A DNA stretch of 64,000 nucleotides from Antedon mediterranea (Eukaryota > Animalia > Echinodermata), in assembly GCF_964355755.1 (NCBI RefSeq), contig NC_092679.1, positions 11,577,432 through 11,641,431 on the forward strand, read 5' to 3'. Made by a program: the position numbers and the translations under genes. The notes beneath the pieces were generated by a model. It did no database searches. It worked only from the letters and a program-made list of their open reading frames with translations, and had not been told where the DNA came from. Shown in pieces: positions 1 to 14,400 of this stretch (its first letter is position 1; each line of letters opens with the position of its first letter).

Positions 1-3000
1 ACTTAGTGGGATTATACTAATGGACCTACTTAATCGTCCAGTATAAGTTAGAGTAGGACCGCTGGTCCCGTTTACTCAGCCCTCATCTTTTAAATCTGAG
101 TGTAACTCAATTACGATTTTTTATATAGTGAAATTTGATACTGTATTTGTGAGAAAATGGCGGATTGCTCCTGGGAGTCACTTGGTGGGATTATACTAGG
201 GTACCTCCTTAGTCGTCCAGTATAAGTTAAAGTAGGACCACTGGTCCTGTTTACTCAGCCCTCATCTTTTAAATCTGAGTGTAACTCAATTACGATTTTT
301 AATATTATAGTTAATATTGATACTGTATTTGTGAGAAAATGGAAGATTGCTCCTGGGAGTCACTTGGTGGGATTATACTTGGGTACCTCCTTAGTCGTCC
401 AGTATAAGTTAGGGTGGGACCTCTTGTCCCGTTTACTCAGCCCTTATCTTTTAAATCTGAGTGTAACTCAATTACGATTTTTTATATAGTGAAATTTGAT
501 ACTGTATTTGTGAGAAAATGGCGCATTGCTCCTGGGAGTCACTTGGTGGGATTATACTAGGGTACCTCCTTAGTGGTCCAGTATAAGTAAGAGTAGGACC
601 GCTGGTCCTGTTTACTCAGCCCTCATCTTTTAAATCTGAGTGTAACTCAATTACGTTTTTAATATTATAGTGAAATTTGATATTGTATTTGTGAGAAAAT
701 GGCGGATTGCTCCTGGGAGTCACTTGGTGAGATTATACTAGAGTACCTCCTTAGTCGTCCAGTATAAGTTCGGGTGGGACCACTGGTCCTGTTTACTCAG
801 CCCTCATCTTTTTAATCTGAATGTAACTCAATTACGATTTTTAATATTATAGTGAAATTTGTTACTGTATTTGTGAGAAAATGGCGGATTGCTCCTGGGA
901 GTCACTTGGTGGGATTATACTAGGGTACCTCCTTAGTCGTCCAGTATAAGTTAAAGTAGGACCACTGGTCCTGTTTACTCAGCCCTCATCTTTTAAATCT
1001 GAGTGTAACTCAATTACGATTTTTAATATTATAGTGAAATTTGATACTGTATTTGTAAGAAAATGGAAGATTGCTCCTGGGAGTCACTTAGTGGGATTAT
1101 ACTTGGGTACCTCCTTAGTCGTCCAGTATAAGTTAGAGTAGGACCGCTCGCCCTGTTTACTCAGCCCTCATCTTTTAAATCTGAGTGTAACTCAATTACG
1201 ATTTTTAATATTATAGTGAAATTTGATACTGTATTTGTGAGAAAATGGAAGATTGCTCCTGGGAGTCACTTAGTGGGATTATACTAGGGTACCTACTTAA
1301 TCGTCCAGTATAAGTTAGACTAGGACCGCTGGTCCCGTTTACTCAGCCCTCATCTTTTAAATCTGAGTGTAACTCAATTACGATTTTTTATATAGTGAAA
1401 TTTGATACTGTATTTGTGAGAAAATGGCGGATTGCTCCTGGGAGTCACTTGGTGGGATTATACTAGGGTACCTCCTTAGTCGTCCAGTATAGTATAAGTT
1501 AAAGTAGGACCACTGGTCCTGTTTACTCAGCCCTCATCTTTTAAATCTGAGTGTAACTCAATTACGATTTTTAATATTATAGTGAAATTTGATACTGTAT
1601 TTGTGAGAAAATGGAAGATTGCTCCTGGGAGTCACTTGGTGGGATTATACTTGGGTACCTCCTTAGTCGTCCAGTATAAGTTAGAGTAGGACCGCTGGCC
1701 CTGTTTACTCAGCCCTCATCTTTTAAATCTGAGTGTAACTCAATTACGATTTTTAATATTATAGTGAAATTTGATACTGTATTTGTAAGAAAATGGCGGA
1801 TTGCTCCTGGGAGTCACTTAGTGGGATTATACTAATGGACCTCCTTAATCGTCCAGTATAAGTTAGAGTAGGACCGCTTGTCCCGTTTACTCAGCCCCCT
1901 CATCTTTTCAATCTGAGTGTAACTCAATTACGATTTTTTATATAGTGAGATTTGATACTGTATTTGTGAGAAAATGGCGGATTGCTCCAGGGAGTCACTT
2001 GGTGGGATTATACTAGGGTACCTCCTTAGTCGTCCAGTATAAGTTAGAGGAGGACCGCTTGTCCTGTTTACTCAGCCCTCATCTTTTAAATCTGAGTGTA
2101 ACTCAATTACGATTTTTAATATTATAGTGAAATTTGATATTGTATTTGTGAGAAAATGGCGGATTGCTCCTGGGAGTCACTTGGTGAGATTATACTAGGA
2201 TACCTCCTTAGTCGTCCAGTATAAGTTAGGGTGGGACCACTGGTCCCGTTTACTCAGCCCTCATCTTTTAAATCTGAGTGTAACTCAATTACGATTTTTT
2301 ATATAGTGAAATTTGATACTGTATTTGTGAGAAAATGGCGGATTGCTCCTGGGAGTCACTTGGTGGGATTATACTAGGGTACCTCCTTAGTCGTCCAGTA
2401 TAAGTTAGAGTAGGACCACTGGTCCTGTTTACTCTCAGCCCTCATCTTTTAAATCTGAGTGTAACTCAATTACGATTTTTAATATTATAGTGAAATTTGA
2501 TACTGTATTTGTGAGAAAATGGCGGATTGCTCCTGGGAGTCACTTGGTGGGATTATACTAGGGTACCTCCTTAGTCGTCCAGTATAAGTTAAAGTAGGAC
2601 CACTGGTCCTGTTTACTCAGCCCTCATCTTTTAAATCTGAGTGTAACTCAATTACGATTTTTAATATTATAGTGAAATTTGATACTGTATTTGTGAGAAA
2701 ATGGAAGATTGCTCCTGGGAATCACTTGGTGGGATTATAATTGGGTACCTCCTTAGTCGTCCAGTATAAGTTAGAGTAGGACCGCTGGCCCTGTTTACTC
2801 AGCCCTTATCTTTTAAATCTGAGTGTAACTCAATTACGATTTTTATTATTATAGTGAAATTTGATACTGTATTTGTGAGAAAATGGCGGATTGCTCCTGG
2901 GAGTCACTTTGTGGGATTATACTAGGGTACCTCCTTAGTCGTCCAGTATAAGTTAGAGTAGGACCACTGGTCCTGTTTACTCAGCCCTCATCTTTTTAAT

Positions 3001-5435
3001 CTGAGTGTAACTCAATTACGATTTTTAATATTATAGTGAAATTTGATACTGTATTTGTGAGAAAATGGCGGATTGCTCCTGGGAGTCACTTGGTGGGATT
3101 ATACTAGGGTACCTCCTTAGTCGTCCAGTATAAGTTAAAGTAGGACCACTGGTCCTGTTTACTGAGCCCTCATCTTTTAAATCTGAGTGTAACTCAATTA
3201 CGATTTTTAATATTATAGTGAAATTTGATACTGTATTTGTGAGAAAATGGAAGATTGCTCCTGGGAGTCACTTGGTAGGATTATACTTGGGTACCTCCTT
3301 AGTCGTCCAGTATAAGTTAGGGTGGGACCACTTGTCCCGTTTACTCAGCCCTTATCTTTTAAATCTGAGTGTAACTCAATTACGATTTTTTAAATAGTGA
3401 CATTTGATACTGTATTTGTGAGAAAATGGCGGATTGCTCCTGGGAGTCACTTGGTGGGATTATATTAGGGTACCTCCTTAGTCGTCCAGTATAAGTTAGA
3501 GTAGGACCACTGGTCCTGTTTACTCAGCCCTCATATTTTTAATCTGAGTGTAACTCAATTACGATTTTTAATATTATAGTGAAATTTGATACTGTATTTG
3601 TGAGAAAATGGCGGATTGCTCCTGGGAGTCACTTGGTGGGATTATACTAGGGTACCTCCTTAGTCGTCCAGTATAAGTTAAAGTAGGACCACTGGTCCTG
3701 TTTACTCAGCCTTCATCTTTTAAATCTGAGTGTAACTCAATTACGATTTTTAATATTATATTGAAATTTGATACTGTATTTGTGAGAAAATGGAAGATTG
3801 CTCCTGGGAGTCACTTGGTGGGATTATACTTGGGTACCTCCTTAGTCGTCCAGTATAAGTTAGAGTAGGACCGCTGGCCCTGTTTACTCAGCCCTCATCT
3901 TTTAAATCTGAGTGTAACTCAATTACGATTTTTAATATTATAGTGAAATTTGATACTGTATTTGTGAGAAAATGGAAGATTGCTCCTGGGAGTCACTTGG
4001 TGGGATTATACTTGGGTACCTCCTTAGTCGTCCAGTATAAGTTAGAGTAGGACCGCTGGCCCTGTTTACTCAGCCCTCATCTTTTAAATCTGAGTGTAAG
4101 TCAATTACGATTTTTAATATTATAGTGAAATTTGATACTGTATTTGTGAGAAAATGGCGGATTGCTCCTGGGAGTCACTTAGTGGGATTATACTAATGGA
4201 CCTACTTAATCGTCCAGTATAAGTTAGAGTAGGACCGCTGGTCCCGTTTACTCAGCCCTCATCTTTTAAATCTGAGTGTAACTCAATTACGATTTTTTAT
4301 ATAGTGAAATTTGATACTGTATTTGTGAGAAAATGGCGGATTGCTCCTGGAAGTCACTTGGTGGGATTATACTAGGGTACCTCCTTAGTCGTCCAGTATA
4401 AGTTAAAGTAGGACCACTGGTCCTGTTTACTCAGCCCTCATCTTTTAAATCTGAGTGTAACTCAATTACGATTTTTAATATTATAGTGAAATTTGATACT
4501 GTATTTGTGAGAAAATGGAAGATTGCTCCTGGGAGTCACTTGGTGGGATTATACTTGGGTACCTCCTTAGTCGTCCAGTATAAGTTAGGGTGGGACCTCT
4601 TTTCCCGTTTACTCAGCCCTTATCTTTTAAATCTGAGTGTAACTCAATTACGATTTTTTATATAGTGAAATTTGATACTGTATTTGTGAGAAAATGGCGC
4701 ATTGCTCCTGGGAGTCACTTGGTGGGATTATACTAGGGTACCTCCTTAGTCGTCCAGTATAAGTTAAAGTAGGACCACTGGTCCTGTTTACTCAGCCATC
4801 ATCTTTTAAATCTGAGTGTAACTCAATTACGATTTTTAATATTATATTGAAATTTGATACTGTATTTGTGAGAAAATGGAAGATTGCTCCTGGGAGTCAC
4901 TTGGTGGGATTATACTAGGAGACCGCCTTAATCGTCCAGTATAAGTTAGAGTAGGACCACTGGTCCCGTTTACTCAGCCCTCATCTTTGAAATCTGAGTG
5001 TAACTCAATTACGATTTTTATTATTATAGTGAAATTTGATACTGTATTTGTGAGAAAATGGCGGATTGCTCCTGGGAGTCACTTGGTGGGATTATACTAA
5101 GGTACCTCTTTGGCCGTCCAGTATAAGTTAGAGTAGGACCGCTGGTCCTGTTTACTCAGCCCTCATCTTTTAAATCTGAGTGTAACTCAATTACGATTTT
5201 TAATATTATAGTGAAATTTGATACTGTATTTGTGAGAAAATGGCAGATTGCTCCTGGGAGTCACTTGGTGGGATTATACTAGGGGACCTCCTTAATCGTC
5301 CAGTATAAGTTAGAGTAAGACCGCAGGTCCCGTTTACTCAGCCCTCATCTTTTAAATCTGAGTGTAACTCAATTACGATTTTTTATATAGTGAAATTTGA
5401 TACTGTATTTGTGAGAAAATGGCGGATTGCTCCTG
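1..5435 (+). repeat. Satellite array, left arm (179/182-bp monomers, ~30 copies, runs off the window start)
   Basis: ACTT(A/G)GTG(G/A)G recurs at 1, 180, 362, 541, 722, 904, giving periods of 179-182 bp. The two length classes differ by a 3-bp indel (TTTTTATATAGTG vs TTTTAATATTATAGTG). Confidence 0.98.
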
Positions 5436-8400
5436 AGTAAACAGGACCAGCGGTCCTACTCTAACTTATACTGGACGATTAAGGCGGTCCCCTAGTATAA
5501 TCCCACCAAGTGACCCCCAGGAGCAATCCGCCATTTTCTCACAAATACAATATCAAATTTCACTATAATATTATAAATCTTAATTTAGTTACACTCAGAT
5601 TTATTAGATGAGGGCTGAGTAAACGGGAGCAGTGGTCACACCCTAACTTATACTGGACGACTAAGGAGGTACCCTAGTATAATCCCACCAAGTTACTCCC
5701 AGGAGCAATCCGCCATTTTCTCACAAATACAGTATCAAATTTCACTATATAACAAATCGTAATTGAGTTACACTCAGATTTAAAAGATGAGGGCTGAGTA
5801 AAACGGGACCAATGGTCACACTCTAACTTATACTGGACGACTATGGAGGTACCCTATAATCCCACTAAGTGACTCCTAGGAGCAATCCGCCATTTTCTCA
5901 CAAATACAGTATCAAATTTCACTATAATTTTAAGAATAGTAATTGAGTTACACTCAGATTTCAAAGATGAGGGCTGAGTAAACGGGACCAGTGGTCCTAC
6001 TCTAACTTATACTGGACGATTAAGGCGGTCTCCTAGTATAATCCCACCAAGTAACTCCCAGGAGCAATCCGCCATTTTCTCACAAATACAGTATCAAATT
6101 TCACTATAATATTATAAATCTTAATTTAGTTACACTCAGATTTAATAGATGAGGGGTGAGTAAACGGGACCAGTGGTCACACCCTAACTTATACTGGACG
6201 ACTATGGAGGTACCCTAGTATAATCCCACCAAGTGACTCCCAGGAGCAATCCGCCATTTTCTCACAAATACAGTATCAAATTTCACTATAATATTAGAAA
6301 TCGTAATTGAGTTACACTCAGATTTAAAAGATGAGGGCTGAGTAAACAGGACCGGTGGTCCTACTCTAACTTAAACTGGACGACTAAGAAGGTACCCTAG
6401 TATAATCCCACCAAGTGACTCCCATGAGCAATCCGCCATTTTCTCACAAATACAGTATCAAATTTCACTATAATATTAAAGATCGTAATTGAGTTACACT
6501 CAGATTTAAAAAGATGAGGGCTGAGTAAACAGGACCAGTGGTCCTACTCTAACTTATACTGGACAACTAAGGAGGTACCCTAGTATAATCCCACCAAATG
6601 ACTCCCAGGAGCAATCCGCCATTTTCTCACAAATACAGTATCAAATTTCACTATATAAAAAATCGTAATTGAGTTACACTCAGATTTAAAAGATGAGGGC
6701 TGAGTAAACGGGACCAGCGGTCCTACTCTAACTTATACTGGACGATTAAGGAAGTCCCCTAGAGTATAATCCCACCAAGTGACTCCCAGGAGCAATCCGC
6801 CATTTTCTCACAAATACAGTATCAAATTTCACTATAATATTAAAGATCGTAATTGAGTTACACTCAGATTTAAAAGATGAGGGCTGAGTAAACAGGACCA
6901 GCGGTCCTACTCTAACTTATACTAGACGACTAAGGAGGTACCCTAGTCTAATCTCACCAAGTGACTCCCAGGAGCAATCCGCCATTTTCTCACAAATACA
7001 GTATCAAATTTCACTATATAAAAAAATTGTAATTGAGTTACACTCAGATTTAAAAGATGAGGGCTGAGTAAACGAAACCAGCGGTCCTACTCTAACTTAT
7101 ACTGGACGATTAAGGAGGTCCCCTAGTATAATACCACCAAGTGACTCCCATGAGCAATCCGCCATTTTCTCACAAATACAGTATCAAATTTCACTATAAT
7201 ATTAAAGATCGTAATTGATTTACACTCAGATTAAAAAGATGAGGGCTGGGTAAACAGGACCAGTGGTCCTATTCTAACTTATACTGGACAACTAAGGAGG
7301 TACCCTAGTATAATCCCACTGAGTGACTTCAAGGAGCAATCCGCCGTTTTCTCACAAATACAGTATCAAATTTCACTATATAAAAAATTGTAATTGAGTT
7401 ACACTCAGATTTAAAAGACGAGGGCTGAGTAAACGGGACCAGCGGTCCTACTCTAACTTATACTGGATGATTAAGGAGGTACCCTAGTATAATCCCACCA
7501 AGTGACTCCCAGGAGCAATCCGCCATTTTCTCACAAATACAGTATCAAATTTCACTATAATATTAAAGATCGTAATTGAGTTACACTCAGATTTAAAAGA
7601 TGAGGGCTGAGTAAACAGGGCCAGCGGTCCTACTCTAACTTATACTGGACGACTAAGGAGGTACCCAAGTATAATCCCACCAAATGACTCCCAGGAGCAA
7701 TCCTCCATTTTCTCACAAATACAGTATCAAATTTCACTATAATATAAAAAATCGTAATTGAGTTACACTCAGATTTAAAAGATGAGGGCTGAGTAAACAG
7801 GACCAGTGGTCCTACTCTAACTTATACTGGACGACTAAGGAGGTACCCTAGTATAATCCCACCAAGTGACTCCCAGGAGCAATCCGCCATTTTCTCACAA
7901 ATAGGCCTTACAGTATCAGATTTCACTATAATATTAAAAATCGTAATTGAGTTACACTCAGATTTAAAAGATGAGGGCTGAGTAAACGGGACCAGTGGTC
8001 CCACCCTAACTTATACTGGACGACTAAGGAGGTACCCTAGTATAATCCCACCAAGTGACTCCCAGGAACAATCCGCCATTTTCTCACAAATACAGTATCA
8101 AATTTCACTATAATATAAAAAATCGTAATTGAGTTACACTCAGATTTAAAAGATGAGGGCTGAGTAAACGGGACCAGCGGTCCTACTCTAACGTATACTG
8201 GACGACTAAGGAGGTACCCTAGTATAATCCCACAAGTGACTCCCAGGAGCAATCCGCCATTTTCTCACAAATACAGTATCAAATTTCACTATATAAAAAA
8301 TCGTAATTGAGTTACACTCAGATTTAAAAGATGAGGGCTGAGTAAGCGGGACCAGTGGTCCCACCCTAACTTATACTGGACGACTAAGGAGGTACCCTAG

Positions 8401-11400
8401 TATAATCCCACCAAGTGACTCCCTGGAGCAATCCGCCATTTTCTCACAAATACAGTATCAAATCTCACTATATAAAAAATCGTAATTGAGTTACACTCAG
8501 ATTTAAAAGATGAGGGCTGAGTAAGCGGGACCAGTGGTCCCACCCTAACTTATACTGGACGACTAAGGAGGTACCCTAGTATAATCCCACCAAGTGACTC
8601 CCTGGAGCAATCCGCCATTTTCTCACAAATACAGTATCAAATCTCACTATATAAAAAATCGTAATTGAGTTACACTCAGATTGAAAAGATGAGGGGGCTG
8701 AGTAAACGGGACAAGCGGTCCTACTCTAACTTATACTGGACGATTAAGGAGGTCCATTAGTATAATCCCACTAAGTGACTCCCAGGAGCAATCCGCCATT
8801 TTCTTACAAATACAGTATCAAATTTCACTATAATATTAAAAATCGTAATTGAGTTACACTCAGATTTAAAAGATGAGGGCTGAGTAAACAGGGCCAGCGG
8901 TCCTACTCTAACTTATACTGGACGACTAAGGAGGTACCCAAGTATAATCCCACCAAGTGACTCCCAGGAGCAATCTTCCATTTTCTCACAAATACAGTAT
9001 CAAATTTCACTATAATATTAAAAATCGTAATTGAGTTACACTCAGATTTAAAAGATGAGGGCTGGGTAAACAGGACCAGTGGTCCTACTCTAACTTATAC
9101 TGGACAACTAAGGAGGTACCCTAGTATAATCCCACCGAGTGACTTTCAGGAGCAATCCGCCGTTTTCTCACAAATACAGTACCAAATTTCACTATAATAA
9201 TAAAATCGTAATTGAGTTACACTCAGATTTAAAAGATGAGGGCTGAGTAAACAAGACCAGCGGTCCTACTCTAACTTATACTGGACGACTAAGGAGGTAC
9301 CCTAGTATAATCCCACCGAGTGACTTCCAGGAGCAATCCGCCGTTTTCTCACAAATACAGTACCAAATTTCACTATAATATTTAAAATCGTAATTGAGTT
9401 ACACTCATATTTAAAAAGATGAGGGCTGAGTAAACGGGACCAGCGGTCCTACTCTAACTTATACTGGACGACTAAGGAGGTACCCTAGTATAATCCCACC
9501 AAGTGATTCCCATGAGCAATCCGCCATTTTCTCACAAATACAGTATCAAATTTCACTATATAAAAAATAGTAATTGAGTTACACTCAGATTTAAAAGATG
9601 AGGGCTGAGTAAACGGGACCAGCGGTTCTATACTCTAACTTATACTGGACGATTAAGGAGGTCCCCTAGTATAATCCCACCAAGTGACTCATAGGAGCAA
9701 TCCGCCGTTTTCTCACAAATACAGTACCAAATTTCCCTATAATATTAAAAATCGTAATTGAGTTACACTCAGATTTACAAGATGAGGGCTGAGTAAACAA
9801 GACCAGCGGTCCTACTCTAACTTATACTGGACGACTAAGGAGGTACCCTAGTATAATCCCACCGAGTGACTTCCAGGAGCAATCCGCCGTTTTCTCACAA
9901 ATACAGTACCAAATTTCACTATAATATTTAAAATCGTAATTGAGTTACACTCAGATTTAAAAAGATGAGGGCTGAGTAAACAGGACCAGCGGTCCTACTC
10001 TAACTTATACTGGACGACTAAGGAGGTACCCTAGTATAATCTCACCAAGTGACTCCCTGGAGCAATCAGCCATTTTCTCACAAATACAGTATCAAATTTC
10101 AGTATATAAAAAATCGTAATTGAGTTACACTCAGATTTAAAAGATGAGGGCTGAGTAAACGGGACCTGCGGTCTTACTCTAACTTATACTGGACGATTAA
10201 GGAGGTCCCCTAGTATAATCCCACCAAGTGACTCCCAGGAGCAATCTGCCATTTTCTCACAAATACAGTATCAAATTTCACTATAATATTAAAGATCGTA
10301 ATTGAGTTACACTCAGATTTATAAGATGAGGGCTGAGTAAACAGGACCAGTGGTCCTACTCTAACTTATACTGAACAACTAAGGAGGTACCCTAGTATAA
10401 TCCCACCGAGTGACTTCCAGGAGCAATCCGCCGTTTTCTCACAAATACAGTACCAAATTTCACTATAATATTAAAAATCGTAATTGAGTTACACTCAGAT
10501 TTAAAAGATGAGGGCTGAGTAAACAGGACCAGCGGTCCTACTCTAACTTATACTGGACGACTAAGGAGGTACCCTAGTATAATCCCACCAATTGACTCCC
10601 AGGAGCAATCCGCCATTTTCTCACAAATACAGTATCAAATTTCACTATAATATTAAAGATCGTAATTGAGTTACACTCAGATTTAAAAGATGAGGGCTGC
10701 GTAAACAGGGCCAGCGGTCCTACTCTAACTTATACTGGACGACTAAGGGGGTACCCAAGTATAATCCCACCAAATGACTCCCCAGGAGCAATCCTCCATT
10801 TTCTCACAAATACAGTATCAAATTTCACTATAATATTAAAAATCGTAATTGAGTTACACTCAGATTTAAAAGATGAGGGCTGAGTAAACAGGACCAGTGG
10901 TCCTACTCTAACTTATACTGGACGACTAAGGAGGTACCCTAGTATAATCCCACCAAGTGACTCCCAGGAGCAATCCGACATTTTCTCACAAATACAGTAT
11001 CAAATTTCACTATAATATTAAAAATCGTAATTGAGTTACACTCAGATTTAAAAGATGAGGGCTGAGTAAACAAGACCAGCGGTCCTACTCTAACTTATAC
11101 TGGACGACTAAGGAGGTACCCTAGTATAATCCCACCAAGTGACTCCCAGGAGCAATCCGCCATTTTCTCACAAATACAGTTTCAAATTTCACTATATAAA
11201 AAATCGTAATTGAGTTACACTCAGATTTAAAAGATGAGGGCTGAGTAAACGGGACCAGTGGTCCCACCTTACTTATACTGGACGACTAAAGAGGTACCCT
11301 AGTATAATCCCACCAAGTGACTCCCAGGAGCAATCCGCCATTTTCTCACAAATACAGTATCAAATTTCACTATAATATTAAAAATCGTAATTGAGTTACA

Positions 11401-14400
11401 CTCAGATTTAAAAGATGAGGGCTGAGTAAACAGGACCAGCGGTCCTACTCTAACTTATACTGGACGGCCAAAGAGGTACCTTAGTATAATCCCACCAAGT
11501 GACTCCCAGGAGCAATCCGCCATTTTCTCACAAATACAGTATCAAATTTCACTATAATAATAAAAATCGTAATTGAGTTACACTCAGATTTAAAAGATGA
11601 GGGCTGAGTATACAGGACCAGCGGTCCTACTCTAACTTATACCGGACGACTAAGGAGGTACCCAAGTATAATCCCACCAAGTGACTCCCAGGAGCAATCC
11701 GCCATTTTCTCACAAATACAGTATCAAATTTCACTATAATATTAAAAATCGTAATTGAGTTACACTCAGATTTAAAAGATGAGGGCTGAGTAAACAGGAC
11801 CAGCGGTTCTACTCTAACTTATACTTGACGATTAAGGAGGTCCCCTAGTATAATCCCACCAAGTGACTCCCAGGAGCAATCCGCCGTTTTCTCACAAATA
11901 CAGTACCAAATTTCACTATAATATTTAAAATCGTAATTGAGTTACACTCATATTTAAAAAAATGAGGGCTGAGTAAACGGGACCAGCGGTCCTACTCTAA
12001 CTTATACTGGACGACTAAGGAGGTACCCTAGTATAATCCCACCAAGTGATTCATAGGAGCAATCCGCCATTTTCTCACAAATACAGTATCAAATTTCACT
12101 ATATAAAAAATCGTAATTGAGTTACACTCAGATTTAAAAGATGAGGGCTGAGTAAACGGGACCAGCGGTCCTACTCTAACTTATACTGGACGATTAAGGA
12201 GGTCCCCTAGTATAATCCCACCAAGTGACTCATAGGAGCAATCCGCCGTTTTCTCACAAATACAGTACCAAATTTCCCTATAATATTAAAAATCGTAATT
12301 GAGTTACACTCAGATTTAAAAGATGAGGGCTGAGTAAACAAGACCAGCGGTCTTACTCTAACTTATACTGGACGACTAAGGAGGTACCCTAGTATAATCC
12401 CACCGAGTGACTTCCAGGAGCAATCCGCCGTTTTCTCACAAATACAGTACCAAATTTCACTATAATATTTAAAATCGTAATTGAGTTACACTCAGATTTA
12501 AAAAGATGAGGGCTGAGTAAACAGGACCAGCGGTCCTACTCTAACTTATACTGGACGACTAAGGAGGTACCCTAGTATAATCTCACCAAGTGACTCCCAG
12601 GAGCAATCCGCCATTTTCTCACAAATACAGTATCAAATTTCATTATATAAAAAATCGTAATTGAGTTACACTCAGATTTAAAAGATGAGGGCTGAGTAAA
12701 CGGGACCAGCGGTCCTACTCTAACTTATACTGGACGATTAAGGAGGTCCCCTAGTATAATCCCACCAAGTGACTCCCAGGAGCAATCCGCCATTTTCTCA
12801 CAAATACAGTATCAAATTTCACTATAATATTAAAGATCGTAATTGATTTACACTCAGAATTAAAAGATGAGGGCTGGGTAAACAGGACCAGTGGTCCTAC
12901 TCTAACTTATACTGGACAACTAAGGAGGTACCCTAGTATAATCCCACCGAGTGACTTTCAGGAGCAATCCGCCGTTTTCTCACAAATACAGTACCAAATT
13001 TCACTATAATAATAAAATCGTAATTGAGTTACACTCAGATTTAAAAGATGAGGGCTGAGTAAACAAGACCAGCGGTCCTACTCTAACTTATACTGGACGA
13101 CTAAGGAGGTACCCTAGTATAATCCCACCGAGTGACTTCCAGGAGCAATCCGCCGTTTTCTCACAAATACAGTACCAAATTTCACTATAATATTTAAAAT
13201 CGTAATTGAGTTACACTCATATTTAAAAAGATGAGGGCTGAGTAAACGGGACCAGCGGTCCTACTCTAACTTATACTGGACGACTAAGGAGGTACCCTAG
13301 TATAATCCCACCAAGTGATTCCCATGAGCAATCCGCCATTTTCTCACAAATACAGTATCAAATTTCACTATATAAAAAATAGTAATTGAGTTACACTCAG
13401 ATTTAAAAGATGAGGGCTGAGTAAACGGGACCAGCGGTTCTATACTCTAACTTATACTGGACGATTAAGGAGGTCCCCTAGTATAATCCCACCAAGTGAC
13501 TCATAGGAGCAATCCGCCGTTTTCTCACAAATACAGTACCAAATTTCCCTATAATATTAAAAATCGTAATTGAGTTACACTCAGATTTACAAGATGAGGG
13601 CTGAGTAAACAAGACCAGCGGTCCTACTCTAACTTATACTGGACGACTAAGGAGGTACCCTAGTATAATCCCACCGAGTGACTTCCAGGAGCAATCCGCC
13701 GTTTTCTCACAAATACAGTACCAAATTTCACTATAATATTTAAAATCGTAATTGAGTTACACTCAGATTTAAAAAGATGAGGGCTGAGTAAACAGGACCA
13801 GCGGTCCTACTCTAACTTATACTGGACGACTAAGGAGGTACCCTAGTATAATCTCACCAAGTGACTCCCTGGAGCAATCAGCCATTTTCTCACAAATACA
13901 GTATCAAATTTCAGTATATAAAAAATCGTAATTGAGTTACACTCAGATTTAAAAGATGAGGGCTGAGTAAACGGGACCTGCGGTCTTACTCTAACTTATA
14001 CTGGACGATTAAGGAGGTCCCCTAGTATAATCCCACCAAGTGACTCCCAGGAGCAATCTGCCATTTTCTCACAAATACAGTATCAAATTTCACTATAATA
14101 TTAAAGATCGTAATTGAGTTACACTCAGATTTATAAGATGAGGGCTGAGTAAACAGGACCAGTGGTCCTACTCTAACTTATACTGAACAACTAAGGAGGT
14201 ACCCTAGTATAATCCCACCGAGTGACTTCCAGGAGCAATCCGCCGTTTTCTCACAAATACAGTACCAAATTTCACTATAATATTAAAAATCGTAATTGAG
14301 TTACACTCAGATTTAAAAGATGAGGGCTGAGTAAACAGGACCAGCGGTCCTACTCTAACTTATACTGGACGACTAAGGAGGTACCCTAGTATAATCCCAC

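Noticed and set aside
7822-8252. Short ORFs in the satellite
   Set aside because: Chance loss of stop codons in individual monomers.
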